A stretch of 62,749 nt of DNA, counting the filler, from Bipalium vagum (lineage: Eukaryota), in the NCBI GenBank assembly GCA_037834085.1. It is 3 parts of 3 records of this genome, joined end to end, with 100 filler letters (N's around TTAATTAATTAA, not from the genome) between each part and the next. Parts side by side here need not be neighbours in the genome. Positions count along the whole stretch, not along the records: positions 36,779 to 62,749 come from JBBMKC010167823.1; 2 more parts are not named here. One strand, written 5' to 3'. The translations under genes were made by a program, and so were the position numbers. The notes below the pieces were generated by a model, which was given only the letters and a program-made list of their open reading frames with translations, was not told the origin of the DNA and ran no database searches. Shown one piece after another: positions 50,653 through 62,749 of the stretch (within the stretch, counting starts at the first letter, position 1; every line of letters begins with the position of its first letter).

Positions 50653-53600
50653 ATGAATTACAATATAGAAGTGCCCGAAGGTCTAACAGAACTATTGCAG
50701 GATTTCACCATTTCAGTATTAAGAAAGAAACCATTTAATCTTACTAGATATGCATTTGAATATTTCAAGGACTTAGCAAGTGAGAAATTTCTTTCCACTA
50801 TTTTCAAACGAAAATATTTATTTAAAATATCTATCTCGAGATAGACAAGTGGATTAGAATTATTCTCATTTTTAAGTACCTGTACCTTTTATTTAGCAAA
50901 ACAACAGGATTATCATTACGACAACACATGCGACTCTGAAGATTCCGATCACGACATAAAAATAAGTAAGATTTTAATATAATTTTCTGTTATTAAAAGT
51001 GACATATAATGGATTTGGTTATCATCAAACTCCACATAACAAAGAACATTGAAAAGAAATCACAAACGTCTCTTGTTTCATTGGAAATTAAGAGAAAAAC
51101 CGCTTGGACCTGACGAGGTCATGACTTTGACATGACAGATCCTTTCAAGCAGAACAACGCGCTTGTTGACAAAGTGTCAAGATAATTGGTGCTGCTAATC
51201 TTTACTACTGACACAAGGTCAGGCCGAACATCTTTTATTGCCTTTGTTTTACTGTTTGTTTTGAATTCAATCATCACTCACCTTGATCCTTTCGGTTTTT
51301 AAACTGAAATCAATTTTCGATCTATTCTTTTCACTTCATTGTTCTTATCGATCTTTGGTCAAAGGTCTTGATCAATTTTTGCCTTCCGCTGTCAACTTAA
51401 AAGATCTGTTCAAGATTAAAATCGATTTTTTGTAAATTTAAATTGATTGTCGATTTTTTGTAATCATACATTTTTATGTAATATTTTCATTGATTATGCT
51501 ATCACCATGGTGAGAGGAAAATTAATTTTTGATAATCCACTTATGAATTCAATTATTCATAAATTTATTGAAGAAATCAATATTATTGATTTGAAATAGA
51601 AGTTTTATTTTTATTGATCAAATTGTCTTTCAAATATTGATTGAAATTTAATCTTTATTTTTTTCATCGAAAATAAAAGAACCAAAAGCATATTTTTATC
51701 TTTATCCTCGTTTTTCTTCTGTTCAGTTTTCTTTTTTAGATCTTTTCTCTTATCTTTCATTCCTTTAATCCTGTTAACTTTTTGCCGTCAATCTGTCTAC
51801 ATCTTCCATTTCCTTTTCATTCATCCTAATCTTTCTACATTCCTCCAATATGTCTTCTTTTCCCTAAATTTTTCTTTCGATTGTGTCCATTAACCTTTAT
51901 TGGTTTTTGTGATATGAATCGATACTATCCTATCAAATCGTATAATGACAAACAAATAAAAACTAAAAAATCAAATACTTTTCCGTTGTAAAAAAATTGT
52001 TTCTTTTGTTTTTTAATGATAAAAGTATCATAAAAATCGGATAATACTGAGACACATCGGTGACAAAGACTCAAGAACCATGTCGAAACAGGCTGGGGAA
52101 TCTCTATTTGGGTTTTCCATGGAAATAGTGAACATTTTTAAAATGGTTTTCAAAAGAGAAAGCAAGAGAGCAGAGAGAGATAATATGTGAGAAAGATAAA
52201 GGAAAAAATGCAGCAGAATAGTGTGAGAATGAGAAAGAAGTTTAGTGAGAGAGAATAAGAGAAAAAAGGAAAAGAATATACAAAGAAGAGAGTGAGACAG
52301 AGAAAGGAATTTAGTAGCAAAATAAGAAAAAGAAAAGTTCTGTGTAGTCTGTGTGATGGAGAATGAAGTTCAGAAGGAAAAGGAAGAGTACAAGAGGCAC
52401 ATGAGAGCATAGAAGCAATCTAATGCAAAGATGAGAAAGAAAACAGAGAAAGTTGAATAGTATATCAGATAGAGAGTGAGAGAGAAAGTGTAAAATGTTC
52501 TAAGGATCCTCGAAAGTTATTCTTGTAAGAAAATCTTCACATTTTTGTCCAATTTGATTAACATTTCTTCTTTTTCTCTCCTTCGAAATCGATATTTAAT
52601 CGCGACCAGCTGACTGGTCTCACACTCTAATCTCAACTCTTATCGCTTGGTTCTTCTTATCAATTATTTGATCTACTCCAGCAAAGTCCTTTTCGAAACT
52701 CGGTTTTACTGAAAATCGATTTATAAATCTCTTTAAATACCAATTGGGAACAAACCATGGTTTTTATTGATTTTTTAATATTTAAATTTTTTCAAATGGT
52801 TTTGTTTAATAAAGTTAAATATTTTCCATAAAAATTAAATTTTAAAAATTAATTATCAATACAATAATCGATAATTAAAATTATTAATTAATTTAGAAAA
52901 TTTTTAGTGATTTTCCTCATTTTCATTTTCCATAATCGATATTTCCGTCTCTGCGATTTGGAAATGTTGAGAAATTTAACGTTTAACTTTTGGCCCTGAT
53001 TGAGTGGTACAGTTGGCTATTGATTTTGGAAAGGGTATGGTTAATATGGTATTGATCGAAGTGATTTCAATATTGATATTTTGATCGCGTTAGTTTTCCA
53101 TTCTTATTTCCCAAGTCAAAATCGAAGAGTATTAAAAAAGCGCACCAGTTTTCTGATTCCGTCACGAAATAAGTTTCAACGACCTCGTTTCACTGTCGCT
53201 CTCTTCCATTCTAACGTTACAGAGGTCTTCATTTCAGGACAGCTTTTTTCATTAACAAAACCCCGTCTCCATCGCGGTAGCGGTCTTAGCGAACGGTGAT
53301 GGTTGTTGTCACAAGCTGAGTGATTGAAAATTGATTTCATTTGGCTTGACTTGTTTATTTATGGATATCTTATAATAGATGCTAATATATTGAGTTACAC
53401 TAAATAATCAATAGTTTATGAAAGAGAATACTTGTCTTCATGAGCGAAATCGATATATCAAAAAATCAGTTCTTGTCTCAAAAGCACATTGGTCTTAATG
53501 AAATAAATGATTTATTGATTTTCACACAAGCCTTTTTTCTGATGAAAGAGGGTGGAATTTCAATTTCAATCAATTAATTTGTCTTAATTTAATTATAATA

Positions 53601-56600
53601 TTAAAATAAGCTTATAAACATTTATTTATATATTTACCTAATTTTAAAATTATAGTAATAATAATAATTCTTATTATTATTTGTTAATTTAATTTTGTTC
53701 ATATTAATATTTAATAAATTAAATTTATTATACTAATAATATTAGTATAATAATTAGGTCATCTTAATACCGGGTGTATCAAAACAGAGGAAAAAAGTAA
53801 AGTTTATCATCAACGAAAAACAAATAAAGAAATAGTAAATGCAATACAATAGATTTTCGTATATTATTTTCTCGAAATGATTTCTATCAACAGATATCAT
53901 TAACTCAATTCTTCCTGCAAAGGACAATATTGTAGTTTGCAGTTCTTCAGTAGTAAAAGGGAACATTATTCGTTTTTCTATTCCAACTAGACTTCGGTTT
54001 TTGGTAATGGAAAACCACTGCCTTAAGAGTACTCCAAAACCACAAATCAACTGATGTGAAGTCATAATTGCAGGTTTATGGGAAATTCCATTGTCATAAT
54101 AACATCGAAGTAAATCAATTTTCAAGTTAAGATTCATACACAAATTTAAAATACCAGTTATTCATTTAAGTAAAGCTTTTATATAGTTTCTAAAAATATA
54201 CGATTTAAATAAAATATATTTCCATACAAAGTTGAACGACAAGTTTGTTTTAAACGGTTTTGATACAACCGGTATTATTGGATGTTGTTATTATTTTAAT
54301 TTTATTATTTTTCAGTTATTCTTGATTGATTCTTATCCCCATATTTATTGGATTTTTCTTTTCTGTATTATATCAATTTAAATATTTCATTTTTTTGACT
54401 TTTTATTATTTTATCAGTGAAAATTAATGATTATATTTTTAGCCGTAGCTATTTTTAATAAAAGTTGATGGCCATTTTTACTAGTTATTCTCATTTCGGA
54501 TCAATCAAAGGATTAGTGTAAATGTGAAATTTTAATGAGATCAATTAAATAATTTTTTATTAATTACACTATTTCTCAAGTTTATTATAATTTAATTGGT
54601 TAGACAAAGTTTTTAGGAATCTCACTTTTACTCTTGACCCATTTTTCACAAAAATATCGACTAGTTTTTTCCAACAGTTCTTTTGGCCTACGGTGTATTC
54701 CTTTGGGATATTCCCGGAAAGATAATCGTCAAAATACAAATCTATTTACGCTGTTCCTTAATCATAATGATCGTAAGGAAAGCGTCTCCATTTTAAAACC
54801 ATTACCTTTTGTCGAAATTAAAATTTTAATGTACCTTCAGATGTCATAGTAATAATTAATAGTAAATGAACTAGACTTTTAAAGTTTTCCATATTCCATT
54901 AAATACGAAAAATTTCTTTACATTTATTATCGATATTTTCAATGAAAAAATCCCTGTGAACAGTCAAAAGAGACACTGTCAAATTTAAGAAACATGTAAT
55001 GAGAGAAAAACGATATTTTTTCATGGATTTCATTGACTTTATTTTGAAAAAAACTGTTTTTATTCATTTTATCTTTGTCAATTTGGAAACGTAATTAAAT
55101 TTCCCTATAAACCCAAACAAAAAAGACTTCTTTTCGTCACTCTGCCTCGGTAAAGCTCTATCACTGATCGGTTGGGCTTGTGTTGATCGATAATTGCTTG
55201 TCGGAAAACATTTTCTTTTGCGATATTGTGATCAAGGTCTATTAGAAAAATGTTTAAATGTATATTATTATTATTTTTATTTTTTAAAAAATTATTTTAT
55301 TATTATTATATATTTATTATTAATAATAATTTATTTATTTATTTTTTAATTTTATTATAAAAATATTATTATAAAAAATTTTGTATTATTATTATTTTTT
55401 ATATATTTATTGTTATGATTATTATTTTTCTAAATTCATTTTTTTCAGTAGAAATTGATAATTAATAAAAATTATTTAAATTAATTTATTAATAAATATT
55501 TATTGATCTTTTATTATTAAATATTGATTTTTATTTTTTCATTTCCGGTTCTACGGAAAATTAACGACATGCAAAATATTATATAATTAAAGTAAAAAAG
55601 ATTACAAAAATTAATGATCGACTTAATAATTTTCATCAACTGTTGAAAATTTTCAAGTTTTCACTAATATAAAAATAAAATAAAAAATAGATAAGAAGAC
55701 CTTAGGGTGTACAAGATCGACGTGGTTGATAATTGGAAGTCCGATTTCTGTTCGTTGGTCGGCTCAGTTTATAACGTCAACTGCTGATAGAACTGATATC
55801 GGATATTAATGTGCAACTTGATTAATTAGTGAATAAATATTTCTGCTTAAAAATGTGGATTGTTTTTCATAAATATTTAGAAACAATCTGCCTTTCTAAA
55901 ATTTTTATTTTATTTTTAAAGGTTTTTCTTATTTTTTAAAATTTCTTCATCATTTTCATACATTTCACACAGAATTTATGATATATAAGATTTACTGCTT
56001 AACCTGTGTCATTGAAGAGGTTCAATATTTTACCTTTTACTTTTACATTTATTTTCCTTGCTTTATTATTTGTAGTTTTCTTTTTAAATTAATTTCTTTA
56101 GGACTGATGAGCAAAATCCCTCAAATCGTATGTTCTTCGTAGCTCTTGTCATTTATTCCTCGGATATTTATAAATTATGCATTATAAAAATGGTGATAAT
56201 TAATAATATTATCGATTTTTTTGTTTATAATGAAAATAAATTAGATTATAAGAAAATATTGATTTTCTAATTAAAAGTTCTTTTGTAATAAATAATAATA
56301 ATAATAAATATAAATACAAAATTACGAAAACAAATTAAAATTAAAATATTATTTCCAGACAAAGTATTGTTTATTTCTTTGAATATTTCAAAGTGAGCAT
56401 TTCATCGATAAAACAAATCTGAATTAATTTCAAGCTGAACCCCTAAACCACCGCGAACGACTGCCACAGTCGTTTCCAGTCAATGTCTCAGCTTCGCAGA
56501 CCTGACTAAAATTTTTATAATACACATTCAAATCATTAATTCACGACCGGTCCTGATTTTCGTCTGTTTCTGTCACCTGAGAACGTCGAAATGAAAATTA

Positions 56601-57420
56601 ATTTGCACTGAAACTCAATTTTTTCAAGAGATTTACATATTTTTCGTTAATTAAAAAGAAAAAAAATAATATTTCCCGGTATCTAAAAATAATTTGAAAA
56701 ATACTATTGTTGTTATTATTATTATTATATGATTGTGAGGAAAGGTTGTCTACTCTTACCTAACCTCTATACTTGAAAATTATGGAGAAGAGAAATCTTT
56801 TATCACTTCCTGAAATCTAAATTTAATATTATTGATTATACCAATTATTAATTTATGCTCATTTTTCCTCGGTCTTATTTACAGTGCTCCAATATTTTCA
56901 GAGAAGCAAATCGAAAGAGGTCGGCGTCAAAGCGGTAAGATAAAAAGATTTATTAATTTTTATGATATTTTTTATAATATCACTAATTTTAACATATACC
57001 AATAACTCTTACAATAACCAATTATAAGTAGTAGTAGTACTTCTTTTTTCAACATTTAACTCAAATATGATGGATAAAAGAACGGTTCAGTGAGGTGGAA
57101 CCAAATGAAATGTGGAAAACAATTGTTACGATGGATGAAGTAAAAAACGTCAATGATATTCATTGAAAATAGAATATATATTATTGATTCGAATCAGAAA
57201 ATGTTTCAGATGATAATTTAATCATCATAAATCTCTTGGAAATATCGATAAATATTAAAAAAATATAAGATCACTATAATTATTTTATGTAAATTTTGAT
57301 TAGCGAAGGCTGTCAATAGAAATTGAAATGGTCATATAAATATTTCTCTAAAATCATCAATAATTCTTTTCATTATATCAGAACTAATTATTTTTAAAAT
57401 AATTTGATATATTCTTTAAA

Positions 57421-57451
<31 letters not shown>

Positions 57452-60400
57452 CGACAAAAATATTAAAACATTTATAATAAATTATTAATTTTATTAATGT
57501 TTATAATAAATTATTAATTTAATTAATGTTTATAATTATTTTTAATATTTATTTATTAATGATTTTATTGTTTATTATTAAGTATTATATATAATGCGAA
57601 TTAATTACTATTTATCTTAATTTTAACTATTAATAATTTAATATTATTACAATTTTTGTAATGACTAAAAGCAATTATAAATAAATAAACATAATCATTT
57701 GAACATTTAAACATATTGAAGCAATATTTAATTTTCAGTTAAGAAATCTGTAGTTTTTTATGTTTATAATAAATATGTTTATATCTTCAAAAAATATTAT
57801 TTATAAATTTTGCATTTGAAGTTAATCCAGATTTCTAGTTATAACCGGTTAAAAGGCATTGGAGTCCTTAATGGACTGCTACTAAGTTATTCAGAGTTTT
57901 TCTTTCTGAATTATTATTATTATTACGTTGAAGAAGCCATTATTTTGTAGAAGCCGTATCAGTAGAAACGTGTAATATTTATTTTTTCATATTTTCGAAC
58001 GATATTAACATAAGTGAAAGAGTAAGTAAAACAATGAGCTAGGCGTTACGATAATTTTCATAGTAATATAAAGCGTAACAAATGAACTGTTTAGAATTAT
58101 TATTACTAAATATTCTATTTTATTTGCTTATCATTGTTTGTGGAAGTCCTGATTATAGTTCAAATTTTGTCTTCGGCTGCCCATAATTTATATTTACAAT
58201 ACGATTTTTGTGTATAAAAAAATTTTCATTAAAAAATCTCTATGTTTTCAACAAACTGTGCCACAAATATCTTTCTTAATCAATGTCCGATATTTGACTT
58301 CACACAGACCATATTCATTATATTCACACATCTCTGATGAACAGCAAAATGGAATTTATACTAATACAATACTCTCAATGTGATGATGAAGAAGATGATA
58401 ATAATGATGATGATGAGTGTTATTATCATTTATTATATTTGAAATGTATGCTGATTAGCGACGTTCTCTGAAATGGAAAGAATGCCAAAATAAAGAAATG
58501 AGAATGAAGACTTCTTTCATACCGAAATTAAAAGTCATGGTGTTTATAATTATATGAAATAATTATACGATTAATATTTTTTAATTTGACCTTTATTACT
58601 TTCAATATTTTCATAATATTAATTATATTTTAATATAATTATAATTTAATAATAATTTAATAATCAATAAATATTATTAAAAATTTATCAGGAAAATAAA
58701 ATTAATATTAATTAATCATAATATATATTTTATTAGTGCTAATCATTTTCATATTTTTAATTTTAATAATTATTATTGATTAATTTAAGATAAACAAATT
58801 AAATATTATATAATAATTATTATATTGTTATAATAATAATAATAATAAATATATATAACTAAAATGAATGAGAGGGACAGAAAAAAGGCATAGAGAGAGT
58901 GCAAAAAGAGAAAGATAAAATATGACCATATTTTTAAATAAAATGAATTTAATATCATGAGAATTTATTTCCACAATCGATCAATGTTCATATTCTATCC
59001 ACTAAAATTGACTTTCTCCCCAAGTGGCCGCCGAATGCTTCAATCCAGAGAAAGATGACGACGAAGATGATGACCTGCCGAATGTTTATTCCAAGACAGA
59101 TTTACAAAGAAAGAGATTGATAGAAGCCATAAAACCGATTTTTCTGTTTCGAAATCTGGATGAAGTAAGGATGGAGTTGTTCGAATCGACTGTTATAAAA
59201 AATGAGTTCCAGGAGCAGCGAAGCAAAGTGATCGACTCTATGAGAGAAATGGCCGTTGAATCCAATCAAGTCATCATAACACAGGGTGATGGTGGTGATG
59301 ACTTCTACGTTATCGAGAAGTGGGTACACTTTGAAAATTCTTCGCACTGCACTCAATTTTCATTGGTTTGTTGATTTACGCAGACGATTTTGTGTTCAGG
59401 GGTATTTTCGACATTTTTGTCGATGAAAATAAAATCGGAACGTACAACAACTCCGGATCGTTCGGTGAACTAGCCTTGATGTACAACACGCCGCGCGCCG
59501 CCACCATTGTGTCCAAATCCAACGGTATTGTTTGGATCATGGATCGGAAAACTTTTCGGCACATTGTCCTGAAGGTACCTATCGATTAGTTACCCTTTAT
59601 TTTGTAAAATTCTTTAATGATATTTAATTTCTTTATTATTTTCTGTATCATTAACATAATAATAATAATAATTATTATGAATAATAATTAATCATTAAAA
59701 AAAAATAAATTGACGAAAATTTTAAAAAATAAAAGAACAAATAAAAAAATTCATTGTAAAATAATTTCAGAATGCTTTCAAAAGACGAAAAATGTACGAA
59801 GGTCTTTTGGAATCGGTTTCTCTGCTCGGCGAGCTTAGTCCTTACGACAGAACGAATCTGGCCGACGCCTTAGTATCACGAACGTATGATGACGGAGAAA
59901 TGATTTTGGAGCAAGGCAAACCGGGCTTGGAAATGTTTTTCATTGAGAGTGGAGTGGTCAGAGTGGTTTGTGACGTGCAAGTGAGAAAATTGGTCTTTTT
60001 CCAATGTTATCGTCTTTTCAAGTCTCACTTCTCTCCTTCCTAACATTTTGTTTTCTTTCGTTCTTCTCTTCATTCTCTTTCTGATTTTCATGCACAACTA
60101 TCTTTTCCTCTTCATCCAAAATTTTTGGACATTGATTGATTTGTTCATTGATTTTCATTATTAAAAAATTCTCATCTATCTCCTCTCTTCCTATCTTTTT
60201 AAAAAATCAATTACATATTTTTATTGATTTTTATAATTTATAATTTATTGTTGATTGTGATTTTTTATTTTATTATTTAATTAATGTTTTTTCATTTTTT
60301 TAAATAATTAAAAATAAAAGCCACAGAAATCTGCTTAAATTAAAAAATTATAACATTTATTATTATTGTTCTTTTATTATTTTTTATTATTATTTTATTT

Positions 60401-61344
60401 TTATTATTATTATACTTATTATTTTATATTATTTTTTTGTTTTATATATTTTTTAAAATTAAGTTTTAATAATACTTATTCTTATAATAAATATTAGTAT
60501 AATTATTTTATTATTATTATAATTATTATTACTGAATTATATTTATTATTATTGTATTATATTAATTATTATTAGTGTAGTAGTAGAAGTGGAAATAGTA
60601 TTTTTGTGCTTCTATTGTATTGTCTGTCTCATTATTTTTGTTATCGATTTAATAAAAACAATTTACTTTTTAAAATAGTTTTCATAAATAATTGATCAAT
60701 CATCGATTCTTCAAATATTTCTGAAATGTGAGATGAATTTGATCGAAATGCGAAATGAAGATCAAAATAAAATATTTTTATAATCGACTGTCATCAATTA
60801 TTTATGATTTTTCTTTTGACATTTACAATCAATTTTTTTCAATTAATTATTGATTAACTCCAGTAAACCTTTTCAAATTTATGAAATAATCGATTTTTTA
60901 TTATTTTAAATCATAAATTTCAAAAATTCAATTTTCAATTTTTTATTTTAATATATAATATATAAATATAATATAAACTTTTTTTATTTTTAGTCTACAC
61001 TAAAAAATATTTTTATTACTAAAAAAATGATAAGAAGCAGCTCCACTGTTCACCCACAAAATGAGCGGCTGCACTTCAGCCTTTGTGTGGTATTGTTTTG
61101 GTTATTGTTCTTCGATAAAAGAACACAGTGGAATAATTCCCACACATTTTTCATATTGCACCGCATATCTTGTCTCTTTTTTCTGGTGCTCATAAGACAC
61201 ATTGACTTATATGTTTTACATATTTTTCATTTATTACAAAAATTCATAATTTTTTACATTTATTTTAAATTTATTCGTTTTTTTTTCAGAATGGTGACGT
61301 TCCGATGGAAATTAATCGGTTGGAACAAGGAGATTACTTTGGGG
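50653..61344 (+). CDS. PRKAR2: cAMP-dependent protein kinase type II regulatory subunit; 3' end lies beyond the window
   Basis: Exons 50653-50779 (RIIa D/D domain, [18 protein letters not shown]), 50897-50965, 56902 (or 56885)-56934, 59025-59164 (RRQS|VAAE substrate-type inhibitor site), 59213-59319, 59400-59574 ([15 protein letters not shown]), 59771-59980 and 61290-61344 (GDYFG). Confidence 0.95.
53770..54272 (-). mobile_element. Internally deleted Tc1/mariner derivative in a PKA-R intron
   Basis: TA-flanked TIRs CCGGGTGTATCAAAAC / GTTTTGATACAACCGG; transposase C-terminal-like remnant [14 protein letters not shown]. Confidence 0.75.
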
Positions 61345-61574
61345 GTAATTTTTAAAATTCTTTTTACTAAAATAAATTTATTTAATTAAAACAAAATCTC
61401 ACAAATAGAGTCCATTGAAAATCAATATAAAATCAATAAATTTTAAAATGAAAACATATTTAAAACAAATAAATCATTAATTTTTTAAACTTAATTAATA
61501 ACAATTCGATTTTTAGTGATTTTTTTATTATTTGAATTTAATTGAAAAAAATATTTACAATTATGATTTATCGA

Positions 61575-61644
61575 TGTGAGATAAATTGAAAACTAGTCAG
61601 GGGATGTAGCTCAGCGGTCAGAGCAGTCCATGCGCATGTGAAGG
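61575..61644 (+). mobile_element. 5' part of a tRNA-containing LTR, interrupted by a non-LTR retrotransposon
   Basis: TGTGAGATAAATTGAAAACTAGTCAGGGGATGTAGCTCAGCGGTCAGAGCAGTCCATGCGCATGTGAAGG, breaking off just before the T arm. Confidence 0.88.
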
Positions 61645-62749
61645 CACTCCATTTGATTTTCACGCAATTAAATGTGAGACATTGAAGGATAATCTAAAGT
61701 CATGTAAGAATTCGGCTCCTGGTATCAGTAATATCACATTCTGACATCCACTTTTGGAACTACGTGGTCTTTTATTTAATAGATTTTTGGAAAATTTGTG
61801 TCCTCCATCTCGTTGGAAATCATTTTCTACACTTCTTTTTCCAAAGCCCATGAAAAGAGGAGAATATGGTGATATAAACTCTTGGCGACCAATTTCTTCT
61901 CTTGAATGTGCATATAAAATATTCGCTTCTGCTTTAACTTCACAACTTTCTGGCTGGCTGAATGCTAATAATCTTTTGCATCCGATGCAAAAAAGTCTTG
62001 GTCCGTTCAACGGTTGTTCTGAACACAATTTCGTTCTTCGCGATCTGATTGATCGACATCGTCGAGAACTGAATATGCCTTTGCATATTGCATTTCTTGA
62101 TGTTGATGACGCTTTCGGCAGTATCGATATTTTCTTCATTACTGGTTGTCTCCGGCGAATGGATGTGGGCTCTCGATGATGCCAATTGATAGAAACTCTG
62201 TATAGTGATTGTCAACCATATTTCATGTGCGGCAATGTTACTACTGAGCCTATTGCTATCAACGTTGACGTTCGACAGGGGCGTCCACTTTCAATGTTTT
62301 TATTTAATGTTGGTATGAATCCGATATTAAATAGTCTTGATCAAGTGTTGAGTGGTGGTGTACTGATTCGTGAATATCGGTTGAGTGCGCTTGCTTATGC
62401 GGATAATGTAGTGCTTTTAGCTACCAGTCGTCCACACATGCAAGAGCTCCTGGATCGCGCGGTTCAGGTATCATCTTGGCTCCACTTGAAATTTCGGCCT
62501 TCAAAGTGTGCTTTTCTCCGTATTCCGCAGGTGCAAAATGCATACTCTTTGAAAATTTGTGATTCTTCCATCTGCAAACTGAATATTGATGAAACGTACT
62601 GATATTTGGACGCTGATTTCTGTGAAAATCTCCATTCTCCACCGAGATCACTGTTTGCAGAAATTATTCATTAGTTGAAGGTTATCTCCGAAAGCATTCT
62701 ATATCCTTGGCAGAAATTGAATGCATATCAAGTCTTCATTCATTCTCGA
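61645..62749 (+). mobile_element. 5'-truncated NeSL/Utopia-like (RLE-clade) non-LTR retrotransposon, RT domain, inactivated; continues past the window
   Basis: One frame with stops: KNSAPG, NSWRPIS, YKIF, QK..GCSEHNFVL, AFLDVDDAFGSI, VRQGRPLS, LAYADN, LKFRPSKC and thumb-region SILYPWQKLNA. GCxEHNF and LxPWQK are characteristic of NeSL/Utopia-type RTs. Confidence 0.9.

Noticed and set aside
52150-52410. Hydrophobic Phe/Leu/Ser ORF
   Set aside because: It is the antisense reading of a GA-rich low-complexity tract.
55709-55723. GTACAAGATCGACGT shared with the GPCR ORF (~31409)
   Set aside because: It is an isolated short match with no extension or structural context, compatible with chance.
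56103-56150. CTGATGA hammerhead-ribozyme core (also near 20763, 53540 and 58334)
   Set aside because: No stem II followed by GAAA and no closing stems were found.
61660-62651. Minus-strand ORFs of 159, 91 and 76 aa
   Set aside because: They are antisense shadows of the GC-richer RT coding sequence.
1-62749. CRISPR arrays, operons or prokaryotic defence systems
   Set aside because: The sequence is eukaryotic (spliceosomal introns, metazoan genes) and has no regularly spaced repeat-spacer array.

Overview
Very AT-rich metazoan genomic DNA with many 45-65 nt GT-AG introns. It looks flatworm-like, but the taxon cannot be fixed from the sequence. The window is three pieces (1-16591, 16692-36678, 36779-62749) joined by identical artificial 100-nt spacers (44 N + TTAATTAATTAA + 44 N). 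Host genes: an acidic low-complexity protein (-), a partial Ser/Arg/Lys-rich gene (-), an intronless rhodopsin-type GPCR, the 3' end of a spectraplakin (MACF1/dystonin/shot type) and most of a PKA type II regulatory subunit. Intergenic and intronic DNA is full of decayed mariner/Tc1/pogo elements and MITEs. Main finding: a ~114-bp TGT...AACA LTR with a tRNA-Ala-derived Pol III core occurs four times. Two copies form a miniature LTR retrotransposon (TRIM) with PBS and PPT, one is a solo LTR with a 5-bp TSD, and one is truncated. Two of the four LTRs, on different contigs, are interrupted in the 3' half of the tRNA core by same-orientation, 5'-truncated NeSL/Utopia-like RLE non-LTR retrotransposon sequence. 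This points to a site-specific retrotransposon parasitising a tRNA-LTR TRIM.
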